From Candidatus Oxydemutator sp. (GTDB taxonomy: Bacteria > Pseudomonadota > Gammaproteobacteria > Poriferisulfidales > Oxydemutatoraceae), in the NCBI GenBank assembly GCA_965203445.1, contig OZ241883.1:2272001-2336000 (forward strand): DNA of 64,000 nt, in the 5' to 3' direction. The translations under genes and the position numbers were made by a program. Of the stretch, positions 40,249 to 52,709 are shown one piece after another. The notes under the pieces were generated by a model. The model saw nothing but the letters and a program-made list of their open reading frames with translations. It was not told where the DNA came from and searched no databases. Every line of letters begins with the position of its first letter. Position 1 is the stretch's first letter.

Positions 40249-41975
40249 ATCGGCGCCCCGGCCACGGCGGCGCCCGGCGCGTCGTCGGAGCGCTCGTCGT
40301 CGGCGACGTTCATCAGCCGCAGCGACTCGAACATCACGCGCGAAAACACCGGGGCCGCGACCTGGCCGCCGAAATAACCGCCGCGCGACGGCGCGTCAAT
40401 CAGCACGACGGCGACCAGGCGCGGTGCGCGCGCCGGCGCGAAGCCGGCAAACAACGAGAAGTATTCATTGTCCCGGCCGAGGTCGGCGGCGCTCTTGCGC
40501 GTCGTGCCGGTCTTGCCGGCGGTCGTGAAACCGCGCACCTTTGCGAGACGCCCGGTGCCCTCGTCGCTGACGACGCGCCGCAGCATCGCGCGCACCACGC
40601 GCGCGGTGCGCGGTTTGAACACCTGGCGCTGGTCCAGGTACGGGTTGTCCTTCAGGAAGCTCAGCGTCGGCTGCCAGCCGTCGTTGGCGAACGCGGTGTA
40701 CATGTGCGCAAGTTGCAGAGGCGACACCGACACGCCGTATCCGTACGACACGACGACGTGGTCGGTCTCATGCCATTCGTCGTAATAGCGCAACTTGCCG
40801 CCGGCCTCGCCGGGGAAACCGGTGCCCGGAAGGTGTCCGAAACCGAGCCTGTCGAGCATACCCCACAGCTTGTTCTCCGGTATCAGCCCGACCGCCTTGC
40901 TGACGCCGACGTTGCTCGACTTGACGAGTATGCCGCCCAGGTCGAGACGCCCGTAGTCGCGGACGTCCTTGATCGTCTTGTCGCGCGAAATCTTGTAATA
41001 GCCGGGGGAGGTCTCTATCGTCGTCTCCGGCTCGGCGTAGCCGCCGTCCAACAACGCCGCGATGATGAACGGCTTGATCGCCGAACCCGGCTCGAACACG
41101 TCTATGAAGGCGCGGTGGCGGCGCTCGCCGGGAGGATAGGCGCGGCGCTCGTTCGGGTTGAAGGACGGGTGGTTGACCGAAGCCAGTATCTCGCCGCTGC
41201 GCGCGTCGAGCACCACGACCGAACCGGCCGCGGCGGCGTGTTTTTCTATCGCCTCCTTCAGCGCGCGGTACGCGTGGTACTGGATGCGCTGGTCAAAGCT
41301 CAGTTCGAGGTCGCGTCCGTAGCGCGGCGCCTTGATCAATCCCAGATCGCGCACGCTGCGCGCGCGGCGGTCGCGCAGCACGCGCTTGGCGCCGGGCCTG
41401 GCGTGCAGGATCTCGTCGTACGCCTTCTCGATGCCCTCGATGCCGACGCCGTCGACGTCGGTAACGCCGACGACGTGGGCCGATACCTCGCCGGCCGGGT
41501 AATAACGGCGGTACTCGCGTTTCAGATGCACCCCGCCGAGACGCAGACGCCGCAGGCGCCCGGCCACGTCCGGGGTCACGTGGCGCTTGACGTAGAGAAA
41601 ACGCCGCCCGGAGGCGCCCGCAAGGCGCTCGCGCAAGCGGCGGTGCGGAATCGAGAGCACCTCGGCCACCGCGCGCGCGTCGCCCGCGTCGAAGCGCGCC
41701 GGATCTATCCACGCGGCGTGCACCGGCGTGCTGACCGCAAGCTGGGCGCCGTTGCGGTCGAGGATGCGGCCGCGACGCGCCGGAATCTCGACGATCCGCA
41801 GCTGGCGCTGGTCGGCCTCGTTTTGCAGCCTGTCCTGCTGGTAATGCTGCAAGTGCAGCGCGCGCGCGACGAGCGCCGCCATCGCGGCCGACAACAGCAA
41901 CAGCACCACCGCGCCGCGCCAGCGGCCGCCGCGCGTGCGCGCGCGGCGGCGCGAGTGATCGGGCGCGCGCCTCAC
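40245..41975 (-). CDS. ftsI: Penicillin-binding protein 3
   Basis: RGRILDRNG, EPGSAIKP, SSN, GKTGT. Confidence 0.93.
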   Translation of the reverse strand: MRRAPDHSRRRARTRGGRWRGAVVLLLLSAAMAALVARALHLQHYQQDRLQNEADQRQLRIVEIPARRGRILDRNGAQLAVSTPVHAAWIDPARFDAGDARAVAEVLSIPHRRLRERLAGASGRRFLYVKRHVTPDVAGRLRRLRLGGVHLKREYRRYYPAGEVSAHVVGVTDVDGVGIEGIEKAYDEILHARPGAKRVLRDRRARSVRDLGLIKAPRYGRDLELSFDQRIQYHAYRALKEAIEKHAAAAGSVVVLDARSGEILASVNHPSFNPNERRAYPPGERRHRAFIDVFEPGSAIKPFIIAALLDGGYAEPETTIETSPGYYKISRDKTIKDVRDYGRLDLGGILVKSSNVGVSKAVGLIPENKLWGMLDRLGFGHLPGTGFPGEAGGKLRYYDEWHETDHVVVSYGYGVSVSPLQLAHMYTAFANDGWQPTLSFLKDNPYLDQRQVFKPRTARVVRAMLRRVVSDEGTGRLAKVRGFTTAGKTGTTRKSAADLGRDNEYFSLFAGFAPARAPRLVAVVLIDAPSRGGYFGGQVAAPVFSRVMFESLRLMNVADDERSDDAPGAAVAGAPM

Positions 41976-42244
41976 GGCACGACCACCGTTATCACCTCGC
42001 GCGGATACTCCATGCCGAGTTTCTCGCGCGCGCGCATCTCGACGTGGCCATAGGTTTGAAACGTGCCGCGCTCGAGTTGCAGGCGCTCCCATTCGACGCG
42101 CAATTCGTCGCGCTCGTACTGCAGGCGCTGCGACTCGATGAACTCGGCGCGCCCGTGGTGGCGCACGATGACGACGGCCAGCGCCGACAGCAGCGTCGCC
42201 GCCGCCAGCACGTGCGCGACGACGGCGTCGCGGCGCAAGATCAC
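41972..42244 (-). CDS. ftsL: Cell division protein FtsL
   Basis: TM helix plus EWERLQLE, AREKLGM; position in the dcw cluster. Confidence 0.85.
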   Translation of the reverse strand: MILRRDAVVAHVLAAATLLSALAVVIVRHHGRAEFIESQRLQYERDELRVEWERLQLERGTFQTYGHVEMRAREKLGMEYPREVITVVVP

Positions 42245-43176
42245 GCCAGCCTCCGCGCGAGCCTGAGGCGCGCGCTGCGCGCGCGCGGATTGGCGGCGAC
42301 TTCCGCGTCGCCGGGAACCACCGGCCTGCCGATGCCGTGCAACGTTACCGCGCCGGCGTCGTCGGCCACGGGCATGCCGCGCGGCGCGCGCCGCGGTTCG
42401 GATTGGGAACGAATGAAGCGTTTGACGATGCGGTCCTCTAGCGAATGGAAGGTGATCACGGCCAGGCGCCCGCCGCCGCGCAGCAGGCGCGGCACCGCGG
42501 CCAGCGCGGCTGAGAGTTCCTCCAGTTCGCGGTTGACGAACAGGCGAACGGCGAGAAAGGAGCGCGTCGCCGGATGTTTCCCCCTGCGCCGCCCCGACGC
42601 CCCCTCGACCAGCGCCGCCAGTTCGCCGGTGGTGCGCAATGGGCGGCGCCCGACGATGGCGGCGGCGATGCGCCCGGCGTTGCGCTCCTCGCCGTAGTCC
42701 CTGAGCACGCGCGCGATCTCGGTCTCGGCGGCGGCGTTGAGCCATTGCGCCGCGGTCGCGCCTCGGCGCCGGTCCATGCGCATGTCGAGCGGGCCGTCGC
42801 GCAAGAAACTGAAGCCGCGTTCGGGCGCCTCGAGTTGCGCCGACGACACGCCGAGATCGAAGAACACGCCGGCGACCGTGCCGGCCAGTTCGTCGTCGGC
42901 GAGCGTTTGCAACGCGGCGAACGAATCGTGGCGGATCGAGAAACGGGCGTCGGTGCCGAAAGTCGCGCGCGCGTGGCGGCATGCCTCGGCGTCCTTGTCG
43001 AAGGCGATGACGCGCCCGGCGGCGCCGAGACGTCGCAGCAGCGCCGCGCTGTGGCCGCCGCGTCCGTAGGTCGCATCCACGTAGCAGCCGCGCGCGTCCA
43101 CGTTCAGCCCCTCGAGCAACTCCGCCACCAGCACCGGCCGATGGCGATCCCTGAGGTCGTCGCGGTCGTCGCGCAC
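42241..43176 (-). CDS. rsmH: 16S rRNA m4C1402 methyltransferase
   Basis: HRPVL, DATYGRGGHS, DGPLDMRM, FHSLEDR, NPRARSA. Confidence 0.96.
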   Translation of the reverse strand: MRDDRDDLRDRHRPVLVAELLEGLNVDARGCYVDATYGRGGHSAALLRRLGAAGRVIAFDKDAEACRHARATFGTDARFSIRHDSFAALQTLADDELAGTVAGVFFDLGVSSAQLEAPERGFSFLRDGPLDMRMDRRRGATAAQWLNAAAETEIARVLRDYGEERNAGRIAAAIVGRRPLRTTGELAALVEGASGRRRGKHPATRSFLAVRLFVNRELEELSAALAAVPRLLRGGGRLAVITFHSLEDRIVKRFIRSQSEPRRAPRGMPVADDAGAVTLHGIGRPVVPGDAEVAANPRARSARLRLARRLA

Positions 43177-43185
43177 CGGCGGCTC

Positions 43186-43653
43186 CTACAGGCGCACGTT
43201 TTCCAACGCTTCATCAAGGTGCCCGTCGTCGCCGGCCTCGTTCATGCGCAGTTCGCGTTGATGCGCCCATTGCCGCTGATCCCACAGCTCGAAGTATTCG
43301 CCCTGGCCCAACAACAGCGCGTGCTTGCCTAGGCGCGCAAACTCGCGCAACGGAGAAGACAGCAGTATGCGCCCCTGCCCGTCGAGTTCGCACTCGGTCG
43401 CGTGCCCGAGCATCAGGCGCTGGATGAAGCGAGCGCCCTGGTTCAGCGACGGCAACTGGAGAACCTGCGCCTCGACCTCATCCCATCGCCCGCGCGGATA
43501 GATCAACAGGCAGCCGTCGCGGTCGGCGGTCACCATCAGGCACCCGCCACAGGACTCCGCCAGAGACTGGCGATAGCGAGACGGGATACCCAGCCGCCCT
43601 TTGGTGTCGACGGTGACCTGGCTGACCCCCCTGAAAAACAAACCGTTCTGCAT
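43186..43653 (-). CDS. mraZ: Transcriptional regulator MraZ
   Basis: FRG..VDTKGRL, DGQGRIL, FELWD. Confidence 0.95.
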   Translation of the reverse strand: MQNGLFFRGVSQVTVDTKGRLGIPSRYRQSLAESCGGCLMVTADRDGCLLIYPRGRWDEVEAQVLQLPSLNQGARFIQRLMLGHATECELDGQGRILLSSPLREFARLGKHALLLGQGEYFELWDQRQWAHQRELRMNEAGDDGHLDEALENVRL

Positions 43654-43654
43654 T

Positions 43655-43706
43655 CCCTACTCCACTGGAACACCACAATACTACATTAAAAACCATAAAT
43701 CACCAC
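43655..43706 (-). promoter_or_regulatory. Putative MraZ-binding direct repeats
   Basis: GTGG/GTAG-type units at roughly 10-nt spacing upstream of mraZ. Confidence 0.5.
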
Positions 43707-43800
43707 CTTTTTTCAAGAATACCGGCCCCCTCCCCCGGAGCAGGGCCGGCAAAAGCCAAAGAAATATATGAATAACAGCAGTTTAGATAAGTCGACGCAG

Positions 43801-45234
43801 CTACCCGGTCGCGGGCTGGCCCCCTTGTGCCTGCACGTTGCGTTCCGTGCCGTACCATTGGAGTTTGTCGTGTAGTCGGACGACTTCGCCTACGATCAGC
43901 AGCGTCGGGGCGGCTATTTGCCGGGTTTTTGTCAGCGCGGGCAGGGTGGACAAGTCGCCTAACAGCACGCGCTGGTCGGGTAGCGTGCCGCGCGTGACCA
44001 ATGCGGCCGGGGTGCGCGGCGGCAGGCCGTGGCCCATCAGGCGCGCGCAAATCCCCTCCAGGCCCACGAAGCCCATGTAAAACACCAACGTCTGCGACGG
44101 ACGCGCGAGCATTTCCCAGTCGAGGCCGGCGTCGCGGTCCTTGCGGTGGCCGGTGGCGAAGATACAGGCGTGGGCGTAGTCGCGGTGCGTCAGCGGAATG
44201 CCCGCGTACGCGGCGCAGCCGAGCGCCGCGGTGATGCCGGGCACCACCTGGAACGGGATGCCGCGCTCCATCAGCGTCTCGATCTCCTCGCCGCCGCGCC
44301 CGAACACGAACGGATCGCCGCCCTTCAGGCGCAGCACCTTTTTGCCCCGCGACGCGAAGCGCACGAGCAGTTCGTTGATCCGCTCCTGCGGCATCGTGTG
44401 GCGCGCGCGCTCCTTGCCGGCGTAGATTTTCTCGACGTCGTCGCGCAGCAGTCTCAGGATCGAGTCCGAGACCAGACGGTCGTAGAGCACGACGTCGGCC
44501 CGTTGCATCAGGCGCAACGCCTTGACCGTCAGCAGATCGGGATCGCCGGGGCCGGAACCGACCAGGTAGATCTCGCCGACGGGCGCGGTGTCGCCGGCGC
44601 ACAACAGCGTCTCGAGCTCGGCCTCGGCCTGGTCGTAGCGACCGGCGAAAATCTGATCGGCGACGCGCCCGCGCAGCACCTTGTCCCAGAAACGGCGGCG
44701 CTCGCGCGGCGCGGCGAAGCGTTGTTTGACGCGCGGGCGGTAACGCGCCGCGAGTTCGGCGAGACGCCCGTAGGCCGACGGTATGCAGCCGGACAGGTAC
44801 GCCTTCAGCAGCCGCGCGAGCAGCGGCGACACGCCCTCGGTCGAGATCGCGACGCGAATCGGCGCGCGGTTGATCAGCGACGGGAAAATGACGTCGCCCA
44901 AACGCGGTTCGTCGGCGACGTTGATCGGCACGCCGGCGGCGCGACACGCCTCGGCTATACGACGGTTGACGCCGGCGTCGTCGGTGGCGGCGACGACCAG
45001 CGCGCGGCCCTCGAGGTCGGCGCGCACGAACCGGCGGCGCTCCACTCGGCACGCCGCGCGCGACGCCGCGGTCTCGACGGCCTCGCGCATGGGGCGCGAA
45101 ATCGAGGGGGCTACGACGGTCACGCGCATGCCGCCCTCGAGCAGGCGGCGCGCCTTGCGCGCGGCGACCTCGCCGGCGCCGACGACCAGCGCGGGACGCC
45201 CTTTCATCTTCAGGAAGAACGGCAGGTAGTCCAC
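43801..45234 (-). CDS. cysG: Siroheme synthase
   Basis: MDYLP.F, VGAGEVA.RK, VGSGPGDPDLLT, LKGGDPFVFGRGGEE. Confidence 0.95.
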   Translation of the reverse strand: MDYLPFFLKMKGRPALVVGAGEVAARKARRLLEGGMRVTVVAPSISRPMREAVETAASRAACRVERRRFVRADLEGRALVVAATDDAGVNRRIAEACRAAGVPINVADEPRLGDVIFPSLINRAPIRVAISTEGVSPLLARLLKAYLSGCIPSAYGRLAELAARYRPRVKQRFAAPRERRRFWDKVLRGRVADQIFAGRYDQAEAELETLLCAGDTAPVGEIYLVGSGPGDPDLLTVKALRLMQRADVVLYDRLVSDSILRLLRDDVEKIYAGKERARHTMPQERINELLVRFASRGKKVLRLKGGDPFVFGRGGEEIETLMERGIPFQVVPGITAALGCAAYAGIPLTHRDYAHACIFATGHRKDRDAGLDWEMLARPSQTLVFYMGFVGLEGICARLMGHGLPPRTPAALVTRGTLPDQRVLLGDLSTLPALTKTRQIAAPTLLIVGEVVRLHDKLQWYGTERNVQAQGGQPATG

Positions 45235-45256
45235 GGCGGCGGCGCCACGACGCGCG

Positions 45257-45730
45257 TCACAAAAGGCGCGCGAGCACGACCGCGTCCTCGCGCCCGTGGC
45301 TGGACGGGTAATAGTTCCTGCGCCGGCCTATGCGACGGAAGCCTTCGGACAAGTACAGCTGCATCGCCGGCGGGTTGCTGACGCTGACTTCGAGGATCGC
45401 GCGCACGACGCCGCGCGAGACGGCGATGCCCAACATCCGCCGCAGCAGGTCGCGGCCGTGGCCGAGGCGCTGGAAACGCGGGTCTATGCACAGATTCAAC
45501 AGGTGACATTCGCCGGCACCGACGTCCATCAGGGCGTAACCGATGATCCCGCGGCGGCGCCCGAGCACGCGGCACTCGCAACCGGCGCCGATGCAGTCGA
45601 CAAACACGCCGTGCCCCCACGGCTTCTCGTAGGCGCGCCGTTCGATCGCCTGCACCGCGTCGAGATCGCACGCACGCATCAATCGCAGCGGCGGCGCGGC
45701 GCGCGCCGCGTCTTTCGGCGACGCGCTCAC
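45257..45730 (-). CDS. rimI: Ribosomal protein S18 alanine N-acetyltransferase
   Basis: HLLNL, LEV..SN, GRRRNYY, REDA. Confidence 0.88.
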   Translation of the reverse strand: MSASPKDAARAAPPLRLMRACDLDAVQAIERRAYEKPWGHGVFVDCIGAGCECRVLGRRRGIIGYALMDVGAGECHLLNLCIDPRFQRLGHGRDLLRRMLGIAVSRGVVRAILEVSVSNPPAMQLYLSEGFRRIGRRRNYYPSSHGREDAVVLARLL

Positions 45731-46521
45731 GGCAACTCCCTGCCGACCGTGCGGCACGCCAGTTGCAGGTCGTCCCACGCGGCGCGCTTTTGTTGCGGCG
45801 CACGCAGCAAGTAGGCGGGATGGTAGGTCACGACCACCGGTATCTCGGCGCCGGGCAGCGTATAGACGCGCCCGCGCATCCGGCCCACCGGCGTCTGCTC
45901 GCCCAACACCGCCGTGGCCGCGACGCCGCCGAGCAACAGAATGAGCCGCGGCCGGATCAGCTCGATCTGGCGTTGCAGGTAACCGCTGCAATGCACGACT
46001 TCCTCGGGCCTCGGGTTGCGGTTGTCGGGCGGACGGCACTTGATCACGTTGGCGATATAAACGTCGGCGCGCGCGAAGCCGATGGCCTGCAACATGCGGT
46101 CGAGCAGCTTGCCGGCGCGCCCGACGAAAGGCTCGCCGCGCTTGTCCTCCTCGAAACCGGGCGCCTCGCCGATCAGCATCCACTCGGCGGCGCGCGCACC
46201 GACGCCGAACACGGTCTGCGTGCGCGTCTCGCACAGGGCGCAACGGCGACAGGCGCGAACTTCCGCTTCGAGCGATTGCCAGGGGCCGTCGCCGGGCGCG
46301 CCCGCGGCGGCGGGTGCCGCCACCGGTGGCGGCGTCGTTTGCGCGCCGACCGCGGGCGCGGCCGCGGGTGGCACCGCGCCGGAAGCGGGGAACTCGTCGG
46401 GGTGCTCACCGGGAGACTCTCCGGGAGAGTCGCCCACGCGCGGCCGCCGGCGCCCGCGACGCGCGTACACCTGCACGCCGATGCGTTCCAGGTACGCAAG
46501 TTTTCGCCGGCGCGCGTCCAA
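45727..46521 (-). CDS. Uracil-DNA glycosylase family 4
   Basis: [38 protein letters not shown]. Confidence 0.9.
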   Translation of the reverse strand: MDARRRKLAYLERIGVQVYARRGRRRPRVGDSPGESPGEHPDEFPASGAVPPAAAPAVGAQTTPPPVAAPAAAGAPGDGPWQSLEAEVRACRRCALCETRTQTVFGVGARAAEWMLIGEAPGFEEDKRGEPFVGRAGKLLDRMLQAIGFARADVYIANVIKCRPPDNRNPRPEEVVHCSGYLQRQIELIRPRLILLLGGVAATAVLGEQTPVGRMRGRVYTLPGAEIPVVVTYHPAYLLRAPQQKRAAWDDLQLACRTVGRELP

Positions 46522-46526
46522 ACCCG

Positions 46527-48077
<1,551 letters not shown>

Positions 48078-48150
48078 CGGTTTCTCCGTCTAAGGGATTC
48101 GGTAATGACGTTTTGCGCGTACCACGCCCGCCGGCGACGATAGAATGCCG

Positions 48151-48243
48151 CTAACGCGGCAGTCGCAGTCTGAGGAGAAAGGAACGGGTGACCGCGGCGC
48201 GCGAGGAGGCGCCGAAGACGGAAGTTATGGGCCGGTGGCTCAT
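48151..48243 (-). promoter_or_regulatory. Putative leuA leader peptide (30 aa)
   Basis: MSHRPITSVFGASSRAAVTRSFLLRLRLPR; promoter TTGCAA-N18-TATAAT at 48251-48280. Confidence 0.6.
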
Positions 48244-48363
48244 GGACGGGATTATAGGGCGGCACGGGGAGAAATTGCAAGCCGTTGTATAAGGATTCCA
48301 TTCGCGTCGGCAGCCACGGCGACGCTTTATTTTCTTTCAGCTAATGTGATGCCCGCGAAAACT

Positions 48364-51300
48364 TCATCGTCCACTTGACCGGCAAATCATCCCACGAGTG
48401 AGACCGGATGGACGCCTTAATTGCGTCAACACACGATCGAAATCAGATGAGACTAGCAATTCGTCAAGGCTGACGTTCGCGCTTGGCATATAAAACTCCG
48501 TGCCCCTAAATCTGAGAATCCTGAACGAAGCCGGATTATTTGTGGCCTGAAGCCCCAAACTGATAGCACGCCTAAGAGCCTCGTCTGCGAATTCAGCATC
48601 CGCCGATACTATCGTGCCGTCAGCATTCACGTCGCCGGTTATCATGAACAAACGGTCATTGTTACGGAACATCGGGCAGCTCCCATTATACAAATCCGCA
48701 GAGGCTCCCACCTCTCGGTAGTCTACGCAATAGTTCGCACCTGAATCACCGCAATCCGTGGACAATGGCCGCGCCGACAATATCGGCAGGTGGTTGCGAT
48801 GCTGCAACAGCAGATACACGTCCTTGTTCGGCTCTATCTCGGCGTCAAAGCGCACCCCTTGCCGAGCCAACACATCCGTCGTCGTCGTCGCATTCTCGTT
48901 CACGCCTGCTATGCTGCCGTCGGACAAAAGCAAGCCCGCCTTCACCCCGCCCGCGGGCACGCTGTCCGGATCCGCGGCGCTCGGCGCGGAACCCGTGTCC
49001 ACCACCCGCAACTCCAACAACATCCAGTCCACCACATTCGACGGCATGCCGTTGGCGTTGGCGGCGCCCTCTATACGCGGCACCGTCGTCGTCGCCGCGT
49101 GGTTCCAGGGCCTCACGTTATACGGTTGTACACGTGGCAGCGCTCGATTCAAAAACGTGCCCATGTCGCCAGTCGCGACACGATACGCTCCCTCCAGATA
49201 CACGCCCGCGGCCACCACCAGACCTCGCTCGCTGCGGATGCGGGCTTCGGCGGACGACGTTGTTCCTATTTCCGCGGGATGATCGCTGCCGCAGTTCGGG
49301 CAGTTCGTCAGGCGCAAACGAAATCGCTCGTTGCTTTCCTTCGCTACCTCGTCGGCCACAACCGACACACCCACTTCCGCGCTACCGTCCGTGCGCAACG
49401 TTATGCTCCCGGTGACCGGCAGCGCATTCAAACTCACATAGTTGGTGCCGTTGCGGTCTATCACGGTGGCTTGCCCCAGATCTCCGGCCGTCAGATCTTC
49501 GGACACGGCCGCAAGCTCATACTCCACCGTAACGGCCCGATCAGCGCCGCTGCTCAACGACACCGTGAACGTTGCGGTAGTCCCTTCCGCCACCACCGCA
49601 GGCGCCACCGCCACCGTCACCTGCTCCAGTTCGTTGGCCGCTATCGTCGTCCGCGCAACGGTGCCCGGCACCTCCAGCGTCACGTCGTCAGGCGCCCCGG
49701 TAAGCCGCGCGTTGCTCATGGTCACCTCGAAGGCCTCGTCCAGCTCGGCGACACCGTCAACGGCCACCGTCAGGGAAAACGACGCGCTGCTCCCACCCGG
49801 TGCGATAACCACGCTGCCTCTGCTGGTGCCGCCAAAATCGGCGACGCCAATTCCAGTGCCGCCCACCGACCAATCCCAACTCGCACCAATGCCCGCGGGC
49901 AAGACCCCCGGCAGACGCACCACGTAGGTCGCCGCCTCGCCTTCCGACACCGTCTTGCTGCCGCCAAGCGTCGGCGTCAGCACCACCGCGGGCTGCGCCT
50001 GCTGTTGCGACGTGCGACGCGCCTGCCTGGTATCGGTAGAACCACCAAACACCAGCACCGGGTAATCAAACACACTACCAAAATCCCACGGAGCGTCGTC
50101 GTTGTAGTCGCCGTCGCCCCCCTGATCCACGTCGTTCACGTTCAACCTGTCCCAGCCCTCGTAGATGGTGCCCGCCGCCATCGTCGGGACGCGCAACTGA
50201 GCGGAAGTCCTGGGCGCGTTGTCCATAGTTGGCTTATTGCTGCCGCAACACGCGGATTGGCCGCTGCGCCCTTCGTCAAAATAGCTTGTCTGTATCGTAC
50301 CGGCATTATAGTCCCCCACCAGACCACCGGACGGAAACCCTTGCAGGCCGTGCTGCCTGCCCAGCCTCGAGACCGCGTAGCTGGCACTGACTATGCCGCC
50401 ATTCGCAACGCCGCCTATCAAACCCCCCACGCTTTCCCCCGGCGGCCACTGATGCACCCGCACGTCCGCATAACTGGCAATCACGACACCCCCGTCCAAT
50501 CTGCCTACCAGACCGCCCAAGGCCCAACCACCGCGCACTTGCCTGCTGTCGCCCACCACGTAACACGCCGCCACCTTGCCCGCGTTGTATCCCACCAACG
50601 CGCCCGCCCCTACGCTGCTGCCGGCCATGTCCATATGCACGTTGTTCAAGCCCACGTTGCGGATCCTGCCTGTGACGCCCACGGCACCAAAAAAGCCCAC
50701 GTTATCGAACCGGTCGGCCGCATTGTTTGCGCTGCGGATCGTTATATTGCTGATGACGTGGCCGTTGCCTTCAAAAACGGCCTGGTAACGTCTGTTCGAG
50801 GGAGGAGTACCCCAAGGAGCCTGTGTAAGCCCCCCGCCTATCGGCTTCCAGTTCGGTATGCCGGACAGATCCAGGTCGGCCGATAACTCGTAGCCGGTGC
50901 ACGTGCTGGGACAGGTGCGCCTCTCGTCGAAAAAGGGAAACGCCGCCAAGTATGCATCCCTGTCGCTGACGCCGGCCAGCCCGACACCGTCCAGGTCGTA
51001 GCGTATCGCCTCCAACTGGGTCGTCGTCCTCACGTCTATCAGATTATCGTCGTCGGTGTCGTAGTCTATGCCGTCGCTGAACCCGATGGTGGTGGTTACC
51101 GCGGAATCCGCGACACCCAATACTATCCGCACTCCCGCATCCGCGACACCGCCCGCGCTCACCGAGAACCGCTCCGCGTACTCCGCGTCCCGGTCATCGA
51201 AAACATATACCGAAAACGTTGTCTTGCTGCTGCCCGCCGAGATAGTCGCGGTGCCGGTGGGGAAACCAGCGAGCCGCATTCCGGCGTCGTCGGCAAAATC

Positions 51301-52527
51301 CCCGGCCTCGGCACCGTCCTCCCCCACTGCGCCGACGCTCCAACGCACCGTCGCCGCGTAAGGCAGCGCGAAAGGCACGCGCACCGTGTACTCCACGGCC
51401 CCGTTCTCGGCCACCGTCGCGGCGCCCGTCAGCGTGACCGGCAGCGTTATCTGCGGCTGCAACAAAAACTGCCTGGCCACGTTGGCGCCGCCACCACGCA
51501 ACACCGGGTAGTCGAGAAACGTGCCGAATCTCCACGGGTCGTCGGCGGCGCCGTCTCCATCCACGTCCACGTTCCAGGCGGCGTAGATGCCGGTGTAGGT
51601 CGTCGGCATTTGCAGGACGGCGGTGTCGGTGCCGCTGCCGCCGCCGGCACCGAAGGTGAGGAAGTTATTGACGCTGACAGTCAGCCCGCTGACCTGACTG
51701 TCCCAATAACTGTCGGTCACCGTGTTTGCGCTACCCGTTCCCGCCAAGCCGCCCGCGAGTCCCGACACTCTGCGGCTTCTCGAGTAGCTCGCCCGTATCG
51801 TCGCGCCCACGGGGTTGCCGATCAGACCGCCTGAGTACGTGCCGCCATCTACGTCGCAGTCGGCGTAGCTCGCTACTGCCAGGCCGACGCTGCCGCCTGC
51901 CAAACAGCCCGCATAAATGGAACCTGTGACCTTGCCCGTTACGAAACTGCCCGCCAAGGTGGCCGAGTTATAGCCCAATATGCCACCCGTCCATGAGCCC
52001 CCGGTTACATCCGCGTTGACCAGACCAATCCCTTCTACCCTCACGCTGGCGGCATTATTGGAGAATTGCATATTGGCGAACAAGCCCACCTGTTGCACCT
52101 GGGGACGGTTGATGTACAGGTTTTCGAGGAAATAGCCGTTGCCGCGAAAAACGGCGTTGTAGCGCGCGCCGATAGGTTCCCAGCCCAGCCCGTTATTCCA
52201 ATAGAGGTCGTCGGTGCGGGTGCTGGCGCTGCCGGTGTTGAAATCCAGGTCGTTCAACAACTCGTAGCCGTTGCAGGAAGCCGCGGTGCACGTCGTCGCA
52301 AAGGCCGCGGCGTAGTTCGCAGCGTTGCCCTGGGAATCCGCGACGCCGTCGCCGTTCAAATCCCAGCGTATGGCGTTCATCTGTTGCAGCGTGGTTACGT
52401 CAATCAGACTGGAGTCGTTCTGCGTCTGCGCCGCGAGCGGTTGTGACATAAGCGCCAGCAGCAACGCGACAAAGAGCGACGTCCAGGCAAGCGATTCTGA
52501 ACGCGCGAAGCACCGGTGCACGCCCAA
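48364..52527 (-). CDS. Large secreted protein, paralog 1 (GLUG-like beta-helix regions, Calx-beta-like domains, C-terminal dockerin-like domain)
   Basis: Signal-peptide-like N-terminus, IRWDLNGDG/CxGYEL motifs, GGLVG repeats, VAEG.TATFTV, GDVNADGTI. Confidence 0.8.
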   Translation of the reverse strand: MGVHRCFARSESLAWTSLFVALLLALMSQPLAAQTQNDSSLIDVTTLQQMNAIRWDLNGDGVADSQGNAANYAAAFATTCTAASCNGYELLNDLDFNTGSASTRTDDLYWNNGLGWEPIGARYNAVFRGNGYFLENLYINRPQVQQVGLFANMQFSNNAASVRVEGIGLVNADVTGGSWTGGILGYNSATLAGSFVTGKVTGSIYAGCLAGGSVGLAVASYADCDVDGGTYSGGLIGNPVGATIRASYSRSRRVSGLAGGLAGTGSANTVTDSYWDSQVSGLTVSVNNFLTFGAGGGSGTDTAVLQMPTTYTGIYAAWNVDVDGDGAADDPWRFGTFLDYPVLRGGGANVARQFLLQPQITLPVTLTGAATVAENGAVEYTVRVPFALPYAATVRWSVGAVGEDGAEAGDFADDAGMRLAGFPTGTATISAGSSKTTFSVYVFDDRDAEYAERFSVSAGGVADAGVRIVLGVADSAVTTTIGFSDGIDYDTDDDNLIDVRTTTQLEAIRYDLDGVGLAGVSDRDAYLAAFPFFDERRTCPSTCTGYELSADLDLSGIPNWKPIGGGLTQAPWGTPPSNRRYQAVFEGNGHVISNITIRSANNAADRFDNVGFFGAVGVTGRIRNVGLNNVHMDMAGSSVGAGALVGYNAGKVAACYVVGDSRQVRGGWALGGLVGRLDGGVVIASYADVRVHQWPPGESVGGLIGGVANGGIVSASYAVSRLGRQHGLQGFPSGGLVGDYNAGTIQTSYFDEGRSGQSACCGSNKPTMDNAPRTSAQLRVPTMAAGTIYEGWDRLNVNDVDQGGDGDYNDDAPWDFGSVFDYPVLVFGGSTDTRQARRTSQQQAQPAVVLTPTLGGSKTVSEGEAATYVVRLPGVLPAGIGASWDWSVGGTGIGVADFGGTSRGSVVIAPGGSSASFSLTVAVDGVAELDEAFEVTMSNARLTGAPDDVTLEVPGTVARTTIAANELEQVTVAVAPAVVAEGTTATFTVSLSSGADRAVTVEYELAAVSEDLTAGDLGQATVIDRNGTNYVSLNALPVTGSITLRTDGSAEVGVSVVADEVAKESNERFRLRLTNCPNCGSDHPAEIGTTSSAEARIRSERGLVVAAGVYLEGAYRVATGDMGTFLNRALPRVQPYNVRPWNHAATTTVPRIEGAANANGMPSNVVDWMLLELRVVDTGSAPSAADPDSVPAGGVKAGLLLSDGSIAGVNENATTTTDVLARQGVRFDAEIEPNKDVYLLLQHRNHLPILSARPLSTDCGDSGANYCVDYREVGASADLYNGSCPMFRNNDRLFMITGDVNADGTIVSADAEFADEALRRAISLGLQATNNPASFRILRFRGTEFYMPSANVSLDELLVSSDFDRVLTQLRRPSGLTRGMICRSSGR

Positions 52528-52553
52528 ACCCAGACTTCGTTTGTAACGGGATT

Positions 52554-52566
52554 GGGGGGGGGGGGG
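52554..52566. repeat. Poly-G (13) tract
   Basis: Homopolymer just upstream of the paralog 1 start. Confidence 0.9.
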
Positions 52567-52709
52567 TAGTCATTGGTTCAGCGAAGGGTGTAAGCGAACA
52601 AGCATTTTGTCATTTTGGGACAGGTTTTTGTCATCGCTATTTAACAATAATCCGAAAAAACGAAGTTCGCGCCGGCTGCTGCGGGCGCTGGCAGAAGCCT
52701 GCAAGAACT

